Source: Raillietiella orientalis
Taxonomy: Eukaryota
DNA: 64,000 bases
Direction: 5' to 3'
NCBI GenBank assembly: GCA_036172245.1
Contig: JAYWIR010000019.1
Coordinates: 1,922,001 to 1,986,000, forward strand
Shown here: positions 25,078 through 39,339 of the stretch, in pieces
Layout: each line of letters begins with the position of its first letter
Position numbering within the stretch: the first letter of the stretch is position 1
Position numbers and translations under genes: made by a program
Notes under the pieces: model-generated
Databases searched by the model: none
What the model was told of the DNA's origin: nothing
The model's input: the letters and a program-made list of their open reading frames with translations, nothing else

Positions 25078-26779
25078 CTAAATGACAGGTTGGCGGTCCC
25101 ATCGCCAGACAGTGGCATCATCACATACTCCAATCAGAATGGACCCATCATAGCTAAAGGCTGTTTGTCGTACAGCAGTGCAACATCGTGGATGATTCAG
25201 AATAATGGGTTTCACACAACTGGGGTCATCTACATTCAAATCCCAGACATATATCTTACCTACTTGATTACCAAGAGCAAGAAGCTGAAACACATAGGAT
25301 GAGATAATCAAAATACAGTGACAAATTTACTTGCTGTAATCCATCTAAGGAGAAACGCATAAACCAGATATCACATTCACGATAATCAAATCGATGCAGA
25401 AGTGTTACTGAGGCATCTGTATAGCGCAATTGTCCCACAGGCTGTTGCAACCTACCAGGCTTCCAGCAGATGATACTATTTTCACATGACTGGCAGAATA
25501 GAATAAACATATTTTTTTTTCTACCTTAGATAAAACTAAATTTCCCAGCCAGCGCACACAATCCACATAATTTCTGTGAATGTCTCTAGTAGAGAAATCT
25601 GGAAAATGGACTTTACTTGTAGTGCAAGTTTGAGGACCAGAAGCTGTTTGGCAAGCCTGTTCCATGGCTGCTTGAAGATGGCCACAATCCAACTGCCATA
25701 GTTTTAGAGAGTGATCCATGCCACAAGATATTATCCTTTTCCCACTAGGATCAAAATCCTAAAGGGCTGTGTTTTCCATGGTCCTCCTCCACTTACCGCA
25801 CTAAGAACTTCATCACGATGACCTTCAACACCCCCTAGAATTGCTATACACTGATCTGTGGTTATGTTCCACAAACGTAGAGTATGATCCTTTGAAGCTG
25901 ATAAAAGCACATGTGGCTCCGTGGGATGAAATTTGAGCTCATTGATTGCATTTCCATGACCTATTTTAGGGATGAGACCAGGCATGATATTGTTGAAAGC
26001 ACTTACCGATGTAGTGTTTAATACAACTACATGTGGCTGGGCTACAAATACGTATGATGGCTCGGCTACCTGCTGCAGCAAGAACTGGCCGACCATTATC
26101 AATCTCATATGACCATGCACATGTGTAGAAAGTTTCATCAGCCTGTTAATAGATGCTCATCACTAAGACTGTTTATTCCTCCACATACATCTGCATCAGC
26201 ATAGCATTGTAAGAACCGAATACTCCCATTATCCACGCATTCATAGATATTAATTTTGTTACTCCCTACAGTGGCAAATATCTGTGGTTGTCCAAAGCGC
26301 AGCAAATGATTGAACTGCACTCCAAAGATGGGTTGACCATGGTCTTCATGTAAGAAACAACTGAAAAACATGATCTTCATAAAAAGATGGAAATTCAATG
26401 CCAAAATGACATTCTGGAACAACAAACTCTAAGCATCTACACACTTTCTAACTTACCTATTTTTATATGTAAACTTTGGCTGCTTCATCACTTTCTTTCG
26501 GCCGCGTTTTTTCTTCTGAGAGTTCTTCTGTATAGGTGTATCACTACGAGATGTGTTTTCTGCTGTAGATTCACTTTCTACGCTTGACAAATCATCCTGT
26601 ATCAAAGAAAAAACAATCATTTTCATGATTCTTGCATGCATGCAGACCATATCATCAGATTCGTCCATAAGTTCTGTTGTTCCATTATAGCAAACAGATC
26701 CATTAGATGAACAGTAATTTAAATTATTTTTGAATGCGGATCTCCTATTTGAGCTGGTTCCTCTATCCTCAGTTTCCAT
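25078..26779 (-). CDS. EED: Polycomb protein EED / extra sex combs (WD40, PRC2), 8 coding exons
   Basis: Exons 26779-26648, 26596-26457, 26360-26189, 26142-26007, 25960-25797, 25758-25525, 25489-25331, 25284-25078. Hallmark strings: [80 protein letters not shown]. Confidence 0.97.
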
Positions 26780-29700
26780 TCTTTCCAAACTTTTGATCAA
26801 AGTACTTCAAATCATATTTACTTCACTATTCTTTATATATTTCATTACTAATAAGAAATCATTGATAATTTTAAACACAATTAAAAAAAACAACTTACAA
26901 ACTATGTTCATGAAAGCATTGGGAATGATACCAAACATTAGAAATGCATACTTGAATACGTATGCACATAAAAAAAACATACAATACAAACCCAGTTTTG
27001 CTCTTAATTTCTCCACAAAATATGGACTTACACTTAATACATGAAACAATTACCTTTCAAATCTTGAGAAAGGCAAGCACACTGTCGCACATGTTAGTTA
27101 AATGGTCTCTTCCAGCAAAGACTTAATATTGTGTATCACATAATTACGACCATAAATGACTACCAATTTAGGAATTCAAAACAGCTATTAAAAAAACTGA
27201 CCTAAAAGTAAGGCAAAAACTTCAAGATTAAATCAACTTATTTAGTTGATTGCAAACATGCAATCGCCCTTAGTGTGCCAACTTAAGAGCAATCAATGTT
27301 TTGGAGAAACTATGGTTAGCGGACGAACTTACGGTGAATAGAAATAATTTTGTCCTGATTTTAACATTGGTCGCAGCGTTCCTTTTACAATAGATGGATT
27401 CAGTGCTCAGCGTAAGCAAATAATTCAAGCTGATATATGATAGTCAATATCACACAAAATGGTTTTAAAATCATTAATCTGCACTAGCTTAAATTCGAAT
27501 CCTTTCAATGCATTCTTAGATAACGTTAGTCAATTTTCCCCACCATTTATTTTAAAGCTTTCACATTTAAATTTGATGACTTGTGTTGCCACATTGTAAA
27601 TACAGTTTTTACAGAGTCTTTTGTTATGGCTTTATTTCTCGTTAGTAAAATGTCAGTTTGGAAGTGTTAGTTTGTAAATAAATTCCTAATATTTCAATTT
27701 TCAGCATTTTATCACAATAAATATTAATTCAAAGCCTAGACTTCATTAACTTGATTTTTTATTTGATTTTTTCCCTTTTTGTATGCGTTATAACTGTTAA
27801 ATCTTAGATTCTGTAAATAAAGTGCCAAAGTTGCTCCATTCAATAAAAGAATGCATAATTTTATTCATTATCATATCAAAAAGTCCAAGCATAAAAATAC
27901 TGGAAATTTCAATGGAAAGCTATGAAAAAATCAACTGTGAATGATAACTTGCTAGATTTTTAATGTACGCTTGTGTACATATGCAATATTTTTAAAATAC
28001 GCAAACGTATCATGAACTTTAAAATCAATGCATAAAAATATTTCTGTAGTTGATTGTTTAAACACTGGCTCATGGGATACGTGAAACTTTCAAAACAATT
28101 TACATTCTGCAAAGGGACTTTTAGATTAAGGAGCAAGTATTTCAAGAATCTGGTTGTTGATTTCTTAAAATTCTGTTTTTTTCTGATAAAAAAAGCAGAA
28201 CTTCTATATTTGTTCTACATGAATTTTAGTGAGAATTGGAAGAAAAAACGAAAAATGTGTCTCAATCTTTAAAACATACTACATATCGATAGATAAAAAA
28301 AATATGGGGATAATAGAATAAATTTGAGATTCTGTTTTGCAGTGCAATCTTCAAAAAAATGACTAAAGCGGACAAAGCCATATAAATAAAACATGAAATC
28401 AATTAGACGACTTTCTGATTATACTCTCCGCATGGGAAGCAGATAAATTAGATCTCAGTAATTAATGTGCAGTTTACGATCACTGTAATATGTATATACA
28501 TGTCTTGTTGCTGACAAATCCTTATAAGTAAGTGTTTAAATTCAAAGCCATTAAAGTATTCAAGGTCTACAACATATATAGAGGAAAACTGAAATATAGA
28601 ATCTGGAAATCAAAACGACCGATTTCCATTTCCTTCTAAGTTCCTATCTAACTGCTGCAATGTAAAGCTAATAATGCAATCATAAAATTAGTTTGCAAGT
28701 TTGCTTAACAAAATTATACAGTTACATAGTTTTAGTTACGTCACATACTTATCCTAATGCTATTTCCCTTATAGACATTTCATGGAACCAAGAAGGCTGT
28801 TTTCAAAACGGAAATGGAATGGTTTATTTGTAATCCTAAGCTGCTAAATAACTAACAGCAAAATTCCAGATTTCCATCATTTCAAATTTGTGGTATTTTG
28901 TGCCACCGGAGCTCTTTGTAACCAGATAAAGCATAAATACGGGATAGAAAATTTAGGAGACTTTTAAATAGTGACCTCTATATTCTCAATAGTGAATCTC
29001 TATCCCTAATGATAAGAAACAAGGTTTTACATTTCCAGCTATACTGAAAAGTTGTGTTTTCTATGTGTTTTGAGGTTCTTCTAGAATCTTAGGCTTTCTT
29101 CAGACGTTTTTGCTTTACTTAAGTTTTCAATTCAAGCGGCATTCTTTTTTACGTTTAAAAGAAATTCTAGAATGAAATTTATGTGCTTATAAGTACGGAT
29201 GATGCAGCTCACACATACAGACAGAGAAAGGTTTTAGTTTACTATGAAACCTACCAAGGATGGATGTCAGTATTTCATTTCAGTAATCACTACCTCGTGA
29301 AAAGTTAGCCAAAGCAGAAGCATCGTAACATATAAAGCAATGAGAATGGGAGAATACAAAGCGTAGTAATCATTGCATTGTAATCGTATACTTAAAATCA
29401 ATCCAGTGATTAAGGCAATTATGTGAGGACATTAAAAGCTTATTCAGATTTCAAGCTTCGAGATATGATGCATCATTTTCATAAGCACTTCAAAAATTTT
29501 TGTGAGCCTAGGAAAGGAAAAAACCTTTAAGTCTGTCGTTTCAGATTTTATTTTCTATTTTGATGCTGTATATCATTAATTAGTTTTCTAAAAATCAAGT
29601 TGTATTTCAAAGGTGCAGCGGAACGAATTGGAGTTTAGTGAGTGATAGAATATCAAGTAGAATAATTTTTACTTAGACTGTATGGTTATAAAAATCTTAA

Positions 29701-30320
29701 ATTTATGATGCTTCAATTTTGGACAGAAAAAGTTATCCAAACAAACTCAAAACAAAACTTACTCCAAAACTATGAAAACAAAATCTAGAATTATCAGTGA
29801 CGCTAAATTTTAAGCATTGAACAGTAAAATAGTAAAATAGGTTAATGAATCGTTATTTTCGCATTTTGTTCTTCGTCATTTATTTATGCTATGGATCAGT
29901 TTTGTTTCTGTTTTTAAGAGATGTAGAGAAGCAAAATTTGGTTTTGAAGCACACCATTTAAAAGAATTACCTATAAAGTATTTAGGCACGTTCATGTTGA
30001 ATGTACTTTAGTTTTAGTTATAGGTAAAGCAATTGTAGTTAGTGAATTATTGCGCTCGAAGCAATTTCAAGTGTAATTTGGTAACACAAGATTTCAATTG
30101 TTTGTATTTTAATTTGTGCAGTTTCGGACAATGTTGAGCATGTGCCAGTGCATTGTGCTTTATGACAGACCCGGAAATGCTAATCAGTTTGCAATTGTGA
30201 ACTCGAACAATGTTTTGGTTCCATTGCATATATTTATTTTAATCTAGTTTTGTGGTTTTATGTTCTTACTGTGTCTTGCCATCATGCTGTGTCTTCATTA
30301 GAATCAAACAAGAATCCAGA

Positions 30321-33300
30321 ATGGCAATGCCATTTAAAAAACCCAAAAAAGGTATAAGATTAAGACCCATTGTTGAGGATGACCTCGACCAGTGCCCTCA
30401 ACAAGATGAGATAAATGCTACCCCAAACAGTGACGATATATTTCACCATGAAGATGAGAATAAGTTGTCAAAAATTAATGGGAAGAAAAAAAGAACTAAG
30501 GAAAGCACTCAGGATTCCTTATCAATTAAGTCTACTTTGCTTAGTTTTGAAGATGATTTAGAAGGTATGATTGATATAATGTGTCAAAAGTTTTCCCATT
30601 TGCTATTTGTTGCTTGACCTTTGTTGATAAATCAGTACGGTGTAAGTCATTGTAAAGCTATCATTTTTTTTATTGGTTACTTCCATATGTATTATTTTTT
30701 GAAATTATGCATTTGCAGCTGAAGGAGAGATGTTCAAAGTTAAAAAGTCCAGTCAGAGTAGAAAAATTCAGAAAATGTTGCAGAAGGAGCGAAAAAAGAA
30801 GCAAAGAGAAGTAAAAGATGCATTGGAAGATGACAAGCAAAGTGATGCTAGCTTTGATGTAAATTTTTTCCATTTAAATAACTTATATGTATTTTTTACA
30901 TATGATGTAATTCAAAAGTCAATATTAATTGAATATTTTCTAAGCACTGCTGATTATTATAATTTAATGTTATAGGATGATGATAATATTAGTGTTAAAC
31001 CATTAGACCGAATTCTAAATGGTACAGAAGCTGAAGCAGTAGATCTTGAGCTGAGTGATAGTGATGAAGACAATAAAAGTCATCGTTTCAGAAAACTGGA
31101 TCACCCATTAGAGCAGTTCAAACGGGTGCTAGAAAGTGGGTTAGAAAAATTATACTTTGCTTTATACTTTAAATCTATCAGAATATTTCTCAGCAACTGT
31201 TGCTATGTTATGTTCATCTAATCAACTTAAATTGCATGTTCCAGATAATTTTGTTTTATTATACTCAGTACTGAGTTTGTATTTTTTTCACTTTTCAGAC
31301 AATTTGTATCATTTTTTCGTTTATCAAGATTACTATAGATTCTTGTAGAATGTATTATTAATTTAATCAATAATTATATCTTTTTTATAAATTCAACATT
31401 TGCATGTGTGTTAGAATGCAGTGTATGTATGTTGCATGCAATGAAAAGGGTTTACAATGTATTAACAACTGATAGGTAAGTACTGATTAAACGTAATGTA
31501 GAAAGTTTACATAGGCATGTATACGTTTCAGTATCAGTACATATCAAAGTTTTAAACTGCAATCATTACACTATTGCAGTATTATAAATTGAATTGAGTG
31601 AATGAATAGGTAAATAAATATTAAGGCAAGCAAAGCAGTAGAGTAATCAAAAAGTGATGTAGTTCGGCATTGAAGATATTAAAAAGTATTGTTTCACTAA
31701 GTAAGATTCATCACCAGCAAAGCCCAGTGAATAATTAAGGTAGTTTTCCATTTACAAACAGTATTGCAGCTTCAAATCTTTTCCCCCAATTCTAAGTTAT
31801 TGAATTAAGTTTTTTTTTTCTGTGTAAATTTGAAGTTCTATTTCGAGATCTATTAATAAACAAAGGGAGCTCCCACCAAAAGTACTTAGAAGTATTTGTT
31901 CATCTCGGTTAAGATTGTTATTAATTTTCTTTATCCTTAAACTATCGTAATTTTTTTCTTTTCACTTGCTTCATTGCTTATCAGCATTAAATGGAATTTT
32001 TTCAGTGTGCTTGTATTGTCTTAGAATTTGTATTTTTTTCATAAGTATGCACTTAAGTGAAAATACCTGAAACTTTTGATTTGAAGGTTAGCTTGAACTT
32101 TTTGTTCAATAATTAAATTATTGCAAATGCTTGAATATTACTACCTTTCTTTGAAAACAGAAAAATAGTAATTTCATGCATTTACTAATTACGTAATTTC
32201 CTAATTACAAGGTATAATATACAAGGAAAATGCATCTCTACATTTATGTATAAGAATCCTATAAATACATAATGTTTTTTATCTCCGGGTAATATAATCC
32301 TAAATACATATTTAGCAGTAAATAAGTACAATAATTAGAACAATTACAGTTTATTTTTACATTGAAGCTAAAAATTTGTGACCACTTGTAGACTGGATTT
32401 GTGGCTAAACGAAATGCAGAAGATTTTAAGATTCAAGAAATTAATAAACATTTGAAAGTGTTCTAAAGTGCTTCCAATGCAGTGAATATGTGCAGCAAAT
32501 TTCGTTAAATTTTCTTTGGGTGATTGTAAGTTTATATAAATGAAATCACCATGTGTTATTAGAGAAAAACAAAAGTTTGAAATAAGATAATTTCTATACA
32601 TGCATAAATTATTAAAAATTACTTATAAAATTAAATATTAGAACCTTGAAATGTGTTGAAGATTCATCCAGGTGGTGATCATTGGAGGTTTTTTACGGCA
32701 ACCAAAATAATAAGTTCGTTCGTTCACACTAAACTCAGATTACAGCGAGTATTCTTTTATATAATTAGTTTGTTTTCCAAATCGGAGGAAAAGAATTGAA
32801 AGTTTCTCAATGTGTGTTGGATTGCTTCTTTGCAAAATTCAGTTATTTGCGAAAACAGTTACTTTACAAATAATTGCCAAGCACAAAATCATTGTTATTG
32901 TCTGAAACTAATCAAATTATTGTGAAATTGTAGCAAAAATCTGATTGAAAAATCTTTTACATGACGTAGTGTTATTCCCAAGTGTATACTCAGAGTATGG
33001 TAAGTCTTTGAAACTGTCCGATTGATGAATACTTCATTACCTTAGCATATCCTAGAATATTTTTGCATGCATGATGTATCATGATATGTGATTCATGATA
33101 AGTATCTCAATCTCAGTCATTGTAATTGTGTCTGATTTATGTGCCTCAGAAGGGATTTGTTGACAGAATTAATATCCCTAATGCAATATTTATCCATAAT
33201 ACTTGCATTCAAAAGTTTTTGTTAACAATCATGTTGTTAGGAAGCTTCATTTAGTCTAAACGGTACTTGTTATGAGTGCTTATTAAGTGTTAGATATGCT

Positions 33301-35742
33301 TACATAAATGGAGATGTTAATTGAATGCATTTAGTAAATGGATAGTTTATTACGAAGTATAAGAAAGCAGACCAGGAGGCAGTAAGGACACAAAATAAAG
33401 TGATCGCGTGATAAATAAAGTGACCGTGACTTTAACCAAATTTGTGTCAATAACTATGTAAAGACAAGTAGATTACAAGTCATGCTGCAAACTGATTGTG
33501 TATTGATTATTTTATTTGGTACTTTATTTTTGCAATTGTTTTAGGTGGTGAGATACCTAATGCTACTCTAATTCACTTGGCTCGCAAGAGACGCCAACAG
33601 GCAAGAGAACTTAGCTCTTTTATTCCATTAAATGATGATGATAAAAAAGAAAAGTCAAGATTGATAAGGGAAGAAGATGAAGATAGAAGTGATGATGAAG
33701 GCAGGATAGATTTTGCTGTTAATTTGGCTGCAAGAGAAAAAGAGAAACGAAAGGAAGCATTTGAAGAAGCAGAAAACTTTGGTAAGCCTAATTAGGTTGA
33801 TAAGCACTTTATAGCTTAAACTAGAATATGGTAGTGGAAGTGAAAAGGGCGATGAGGAATTCGAGCAATGGGAAGCTCAGCAGATAACAAAAGGGTTCCG
33901 TGGTCCACAGGTTTGCTGAATGCAGATGTCTTAAAAATCTAATCTGTAGCAGGTTTTGGCAGGAGTTGCAGACAACTTGCGACAGCAGTATGGGGTAGCA
34001 CCTTCACCTAATGAAATATTAAGTGATCCCCTGATAGCTGCCAGAAAATCATCGGTTGCACCGATTCCCAAGGACTGTAGCATTTTTAGTGTGAAGCAAA
34101 ACTTGACTGAACGGTAAGATTAATGCCACTGTTTTTAGATTGCTTTGTCTGCTGTAGCTTGGCATCTCTGAAACAAGTATATGAGCATCATCAAAGCAAC
34201 TGTGAAAAGATTTGTGCTGATGTTGCATCCTGTCAGTCCAACATCGCTCATGCTACCAATCGTTTACCAGAAGTATCTTGGCGTTATCGTTTTTTCCAGG
34301 AAATACGTGGCTATGTGGCTGATTTGATTGAATGTCTGGATGCAAAGGTAGATTGTCAAACAGAATAACATATAAACTGGCATGTTAGTTTCATGAAATT
34401 GAGAGATTGGAAAAAAGCATGCTCAACTTGCTGAGATTACATGCAGTGCAGCTCAAACAGAGACGACGTCAAGACATAGAGGATCAATCTTCAGAACTTG
34501 CTCAGTGTAAGATGCATCTCACTGTGTGCTCTGAGAAAAGGAAAACCTGTTTTCTTGCAGCTGAGTCGCATACAAATGCTTCGCATGCATCTAGGGCTGC
34601 TGATCGAGAAGGGCGTCGAACTCGTAGGAGACGGGCACGTGAATTGCGTAACACTGATGCCTGTCATTTTGAAGGGATGAGTAGTGATGATGAAATCACT
34701 GAAAGTGAAGCTGCGATGTTTTTGGAAGACAAAGGTGCCATTATATATATGTTTTATGGTGAACACATTTGTGTATCCTAGAGAGCATTGAGAAAGATGG
34801 GAAGAAGGTATTTGAAGATGTCATGGATGAATTTTGTCGATTAGACATCATTAAAGAACGATTTGAAGATTGGCGTCATAGGGATCTAAAATCTTATCAG
34901 GACGCCTATATTAGTCTCTGTTTGCCCAAATTACTAGGTCCATTTATACGCATCAAATTGTTATCTTGGAACCCTTTGGAAGAAAATGCGGTTGACATGA
35001 ATCATATGCCGTGGTACAAATGCTTAGCTTTAATGGGAGCTACCAGCTATGTATCAGAAGAGTCCCTCGCCAGTGATCCTGATTTGCTACTTCTTTCCAT
35101 GGTTGTTGAGCAAGCTGTGCTGCCCAAATTAAATAGTTTGGTGCAAGAAGTATGGGATCCCTGGTCTACATCTCAAACAATGAGACTTGTCAAACTGATA
35201 CGCTCCTTAGTTGACGAATTTCCAACCATATCAGGGAGTAATCAGCAGCTGCAACTTTTGTTTAAGTCCATTGTTGACCACATGAAAGAATGTCTGGCCC
35301 ATGACTTATTCATTCCCTTGTATTCTAAAAGGTAGAGTAAACTATGGTACAGCATACCTATATTTTGGTCATTAGCCTTTTGCAGAGCAGAGTTGCTGCG
35401 AATGCTTTTTTCCAGCGACAGTTTTGGGCTGCAGTGAAATTGTTACGAAATTTCCTCAGTTGGCAGGGAATCCTTTCTGATGAAGTCCTACAAGAATTGG
35501 CACTGGATGGCATTTTGAATCGTTATCTCATTCTTGCACTGTGCAGTTCATTATGTTCATCTGAAAGCTTGGAAAAATGTCAGATGATTGTATCCCTTTT
35601 GCCAACTTGGTGGTGTCAGAAAAACAGGCGACCAGCACAGCTAGAGAGACTAGTGCAATTTATTTTGCAATCAGATGATAAGGAAAAAGTTCGTAAACTT
35701 ACCAAAAGTTTAGGGATATCCCACATTGATGCAGTACAATAA
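30321..35742 (+). CDS. PAXBP1: PAX3/PAX7-binding protein 1 / GC-rich sequence DNA-binding factor (GCFC), 11 exons
   Basis: Exons 30321-30564, 30719-30858, 30976-31135, 33545-33781, 33825-33910, 33950(or 33953)-34113, 34158-34347, 34389-34506, 34561-34734, 34782-35331, 35376-35742. Motifs: LLSFEDD, FKVKKSS, GEIPNA.LIH.ARKRRQ.ARE, WE.QQI.KG, EGMSSDDE, SYQDAYISLCLPKL, WDPWSTSQT, FFQRQFW. An AATAAA overlaps the stop and another follows it. Confidence 0.93.
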
Positions 35743-38700
35743 AGTAATAAAATATTACTTTAATAACCAATCTCAGTGAATTAATAAAAAGTTGTTTAAT
35801 ATTAATGGCCCATTTCCAAATATAAAATGTTCATAATATGTAAAATAATGTAAATTTCCAATGTAGAACGTTTGATTGCATTCATTTTGAAATTGTACTG
35901 GTATCAACACATTCACAGTATCTTTGGAAATCTCAGTATGAAGTCGAAAGGTGTGATTTTGTAAGGGAACAATGTGTAAGCGGAAGCATAATGTTGTGGT
36001 GCTTAACCCATTTAATGATGGCTCCAACCTTGTGAAGTGGAGTGCTGAGCTTCTTTTCCATGACCCAGATCATCCCAGTTTACAGATTATCGTTTGTCTC
36101 ATATTCATGCTTAAGATGACCAACAGTATTCAATCCACATTGGTTAAGAAGACTTCAAATGAAGCATGGTATGCTTGGTATGCTATCTTCATCACTGTGA
36201 ACCCCAAACCAGTTCCTTTACATCATCTAAGTGTAAATCTGTGCATACATTCCTGATTTTCCATGAATTTTCAAAGCTCATAAATAGTTTTGATGCACAG
36301 GTAGCTGAAAAATAAGGGTGTGTCAAGAAATGTGCTTGCTTTTGCACAAGGTATCTGCTTTCCATGATCTAATCCTTGGTGCATGAGCTAAGAAAAAGAT
36401 TTTCGAAAATGAGAACCTTCCATCTCAGAACAAAAGAGAGAGAGAGATAAACAATCCAGCTCGAAGTCTGAAAATTCGCTTCCAGAAAATGCAAAGGCCT
36501 TGATTACTTCCATGTTTTTAAAACCTCCTGATGAAAGATATATATAACAGCTCCAAAAAGCGGCAAAGTCAAATTTGACCAGTTTCCATAGGACAACCGC
36601 CAATATGCAGGAAAAAAAAAGGGGGTGGCAATATGGAGTCAGATCTAAATATTTACTGATCAGTTCTGTCCATGTTCATGTTCATCACTGCAAAGGCATT
36701 CTTGATTAAGTGCCATGCAATCAGTTATGTTTGGATCAAAGTTTTTCATCTTTTGCTCCATCTTTTTTTATCAATATTACCGCGAGTAATTCACAGTTCT
36801 AAGAGTCCTGAACTTATCAAAATGCTTGTGATCTAATACCTCGCATCAAGGCTTCCAACGTGCGTATACGAAAATGGAAACACTTTTTTACCATATAGCA
36901 AAAACCGGAAGCAAACTTGAGAATGAATCAGTATTGCTCTTGAACTTCAAAATTCGTGAATAGGATGTGTGCTTCTATATTTATTATTTGGGAACTGCAA
37001 ATGGTCTTGTAAGACATATTAAAGTTCGTTTTCGAAGCGTCGATAATTTTTTCCGAGTACCTCAGAGACGGTATAGTACAAGATGCAGGATTTTCAACAA
37101 GAAAAACATATGCAGAGAAAAGCAATGCGAACCGATGGTTATAACGAATACTCCTTGCATAGAACTTTTGGAATTTGGATAACACGAAAACGAAGTAGTG
37201 GATAAAACTCAATTTTTAGATATGTGTTTCGCAGCATTTCGTCGGAAATGTTTTTAAAACGGGGTTCCTGAGAAAGTTGCACATTTTTTTCGTCTCCACT
37301 GCTGATCTTCAAAACCGGGGCTGTGCTGTGACAAATTTTGTCCTGGGCTCAAAGAAACGATTATTTTTATTTGCAGTCTCTCGATACTAGCATACATTTA
37401 AGAAAGTGCTTGAAACTGCATCACCATAAACTGGACACGGTGGAGACCAAGTGTGATTAAAAATTTGTTTGGGAAATGAGAAAATAAAGATCCTCAGTCG
37501 TGAAGATGACAAACTGCAAAGTCAACACTATATTCATTGTTTTGCGACGCAAGAGTTTATATTACCTAGTGAGAAATTCAATTACTATTAGTTTTTGTGA
37601 AATCCATGTAACTGAGGTCTATGAACTCTGACATAAAGCTTCATGAAGGTAATGAAAGTTGAAATGCATTGAGAGCTTGCAATGGCGGTGAGCTGAAACA
37701 AAGTGTACGCTTACTGTGAATGCTTCAAATACCAAGCAGGAGGCAGACACTTAAATAATCTCATGGAAGATCACGAAGTGTTCAGTTAGGAATAGAAACA
37801 AGACTGCACAATGCAAATGTGATCTTAGTGATCACCTTAAGGCTCTAATTAGTTTAGGAGGTACTGTATTACAGAAAAAGTAGAAATAAAAAGGCATGCT
37901 TAACTATTTTACCAATCCAAATATTAGCACTTGCAAGAAAATTGGGCCTAGTAGTTTCAAAGAAAATGTAATAGATCATGAGCTGATTACATGCAATATT
38001 ACATGCTGATTACATAATAGCTGCTAAGATTTAGCCTCCGAATTAGTATTTCGAAATGGAATTCCAAGTCAAATTTCCAATTTCTGGCTGATCACATGGT
38101 ACTTGGAAGGAACACATAATCAGTCAGAAGCATGTCTGACTTAAAATATTCTCATTGCATGAAAGAGAGTTTAAACGTATTCCTTGGAAAAATTAGGCAA
38201 AAACATTTGAGAAAACGGAGACAATATAATCTAGATCGTTTTCTAGAAGTTGAATTTCCAAATGAGTATAAAATTATCACAATTTGTGTGTTTGTATTTG
38301 AAATGCATGACAAAGATGAGATCATTTGTTTTTATGTTTTCGGAAGGAACCGATAATAATTATTAGATGTGTGGTAATTTCTTTATCAAGCGGATGACAA
38401 TTATATATCTAGGATGGAGATTACAGTAAGTTATTAATCCAAGAATGAATAGCTGAGGAGCAAAATTAAGCTAAAGGAGATATCAAACGATGATTGTGGG
38501 ACTCATCTTAAGTTTTCGGGTTGGTAACGAATTTTTTTTTTGTGGATCGATCGCCGCTGTCTGCTTGCGCTGTTATGCTTTCTCTTGAGTGACATCTTAG
38601 TTTTCAGGCTTGAGTTTATTATATTTAAGATGACATTTAAGTAAAGATTCTTTGAAAAACATAATTAGCATGGTAATGCAGAACTCCCGAAGTGCTCCCC

Positions 38701-39339
38701 CATGGTTGATCTGGTTTCTAAAAAAAAGATTGGATTCAATCGTATCCTAGTTACATCAAAATAAGAGTGATAATTAATAGAAAAAGTCAAAACAAAAAAC
38801 CATGTTCCATCACGAAGACATAATTAAGGAAGAAAAAAAACCCCATAACGTTCCTGCTTTGGGAACCTATCGACTAAAATAAATGTTAGTATCGGAAACG
38901 AACACTGAGTGCATCCATCCGCGGCATTCCTCAACATTCACCAACCGTCTCCACGCCTTTCCAAAACACGACCGTGTTCGACTCATTTCCAAGAGCACCG
39001 TCGCCGGGAAACGAGAGCCTTCTATAAGAGTGAAGACAGGTTTTTCGATAGCCACGACAGACCTGTGTACTTCAGAACTCATGTTAAGAGTCTCTGTAAG
39101 CAGGTGAGACACTCCCGTTCCACGAAATGCAGTTGCTTTCAGCTGACTGTAATGTTATCTTAGCTATCGGAAATTAATCGCAACACCAAACCGAGCAGAT
39201 GGTCACATGAAAAACGCAAAAGGTAAGTGATGTGAATCTGTGACAGCGCAATCCAGAAGTGGAACCTGGAAGCAGGCGGATTTGGTTTACAACACGGAAC
39301 CATCAAAATCCCGACTGCCGAAATTTCGAAAGATCATAA

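Noticed and set aside
36388..37212. Short ORFs downstream of PAXBP1 as a further gene or transposase
   Set aside because: No consistent exon structure and no supportable motif.
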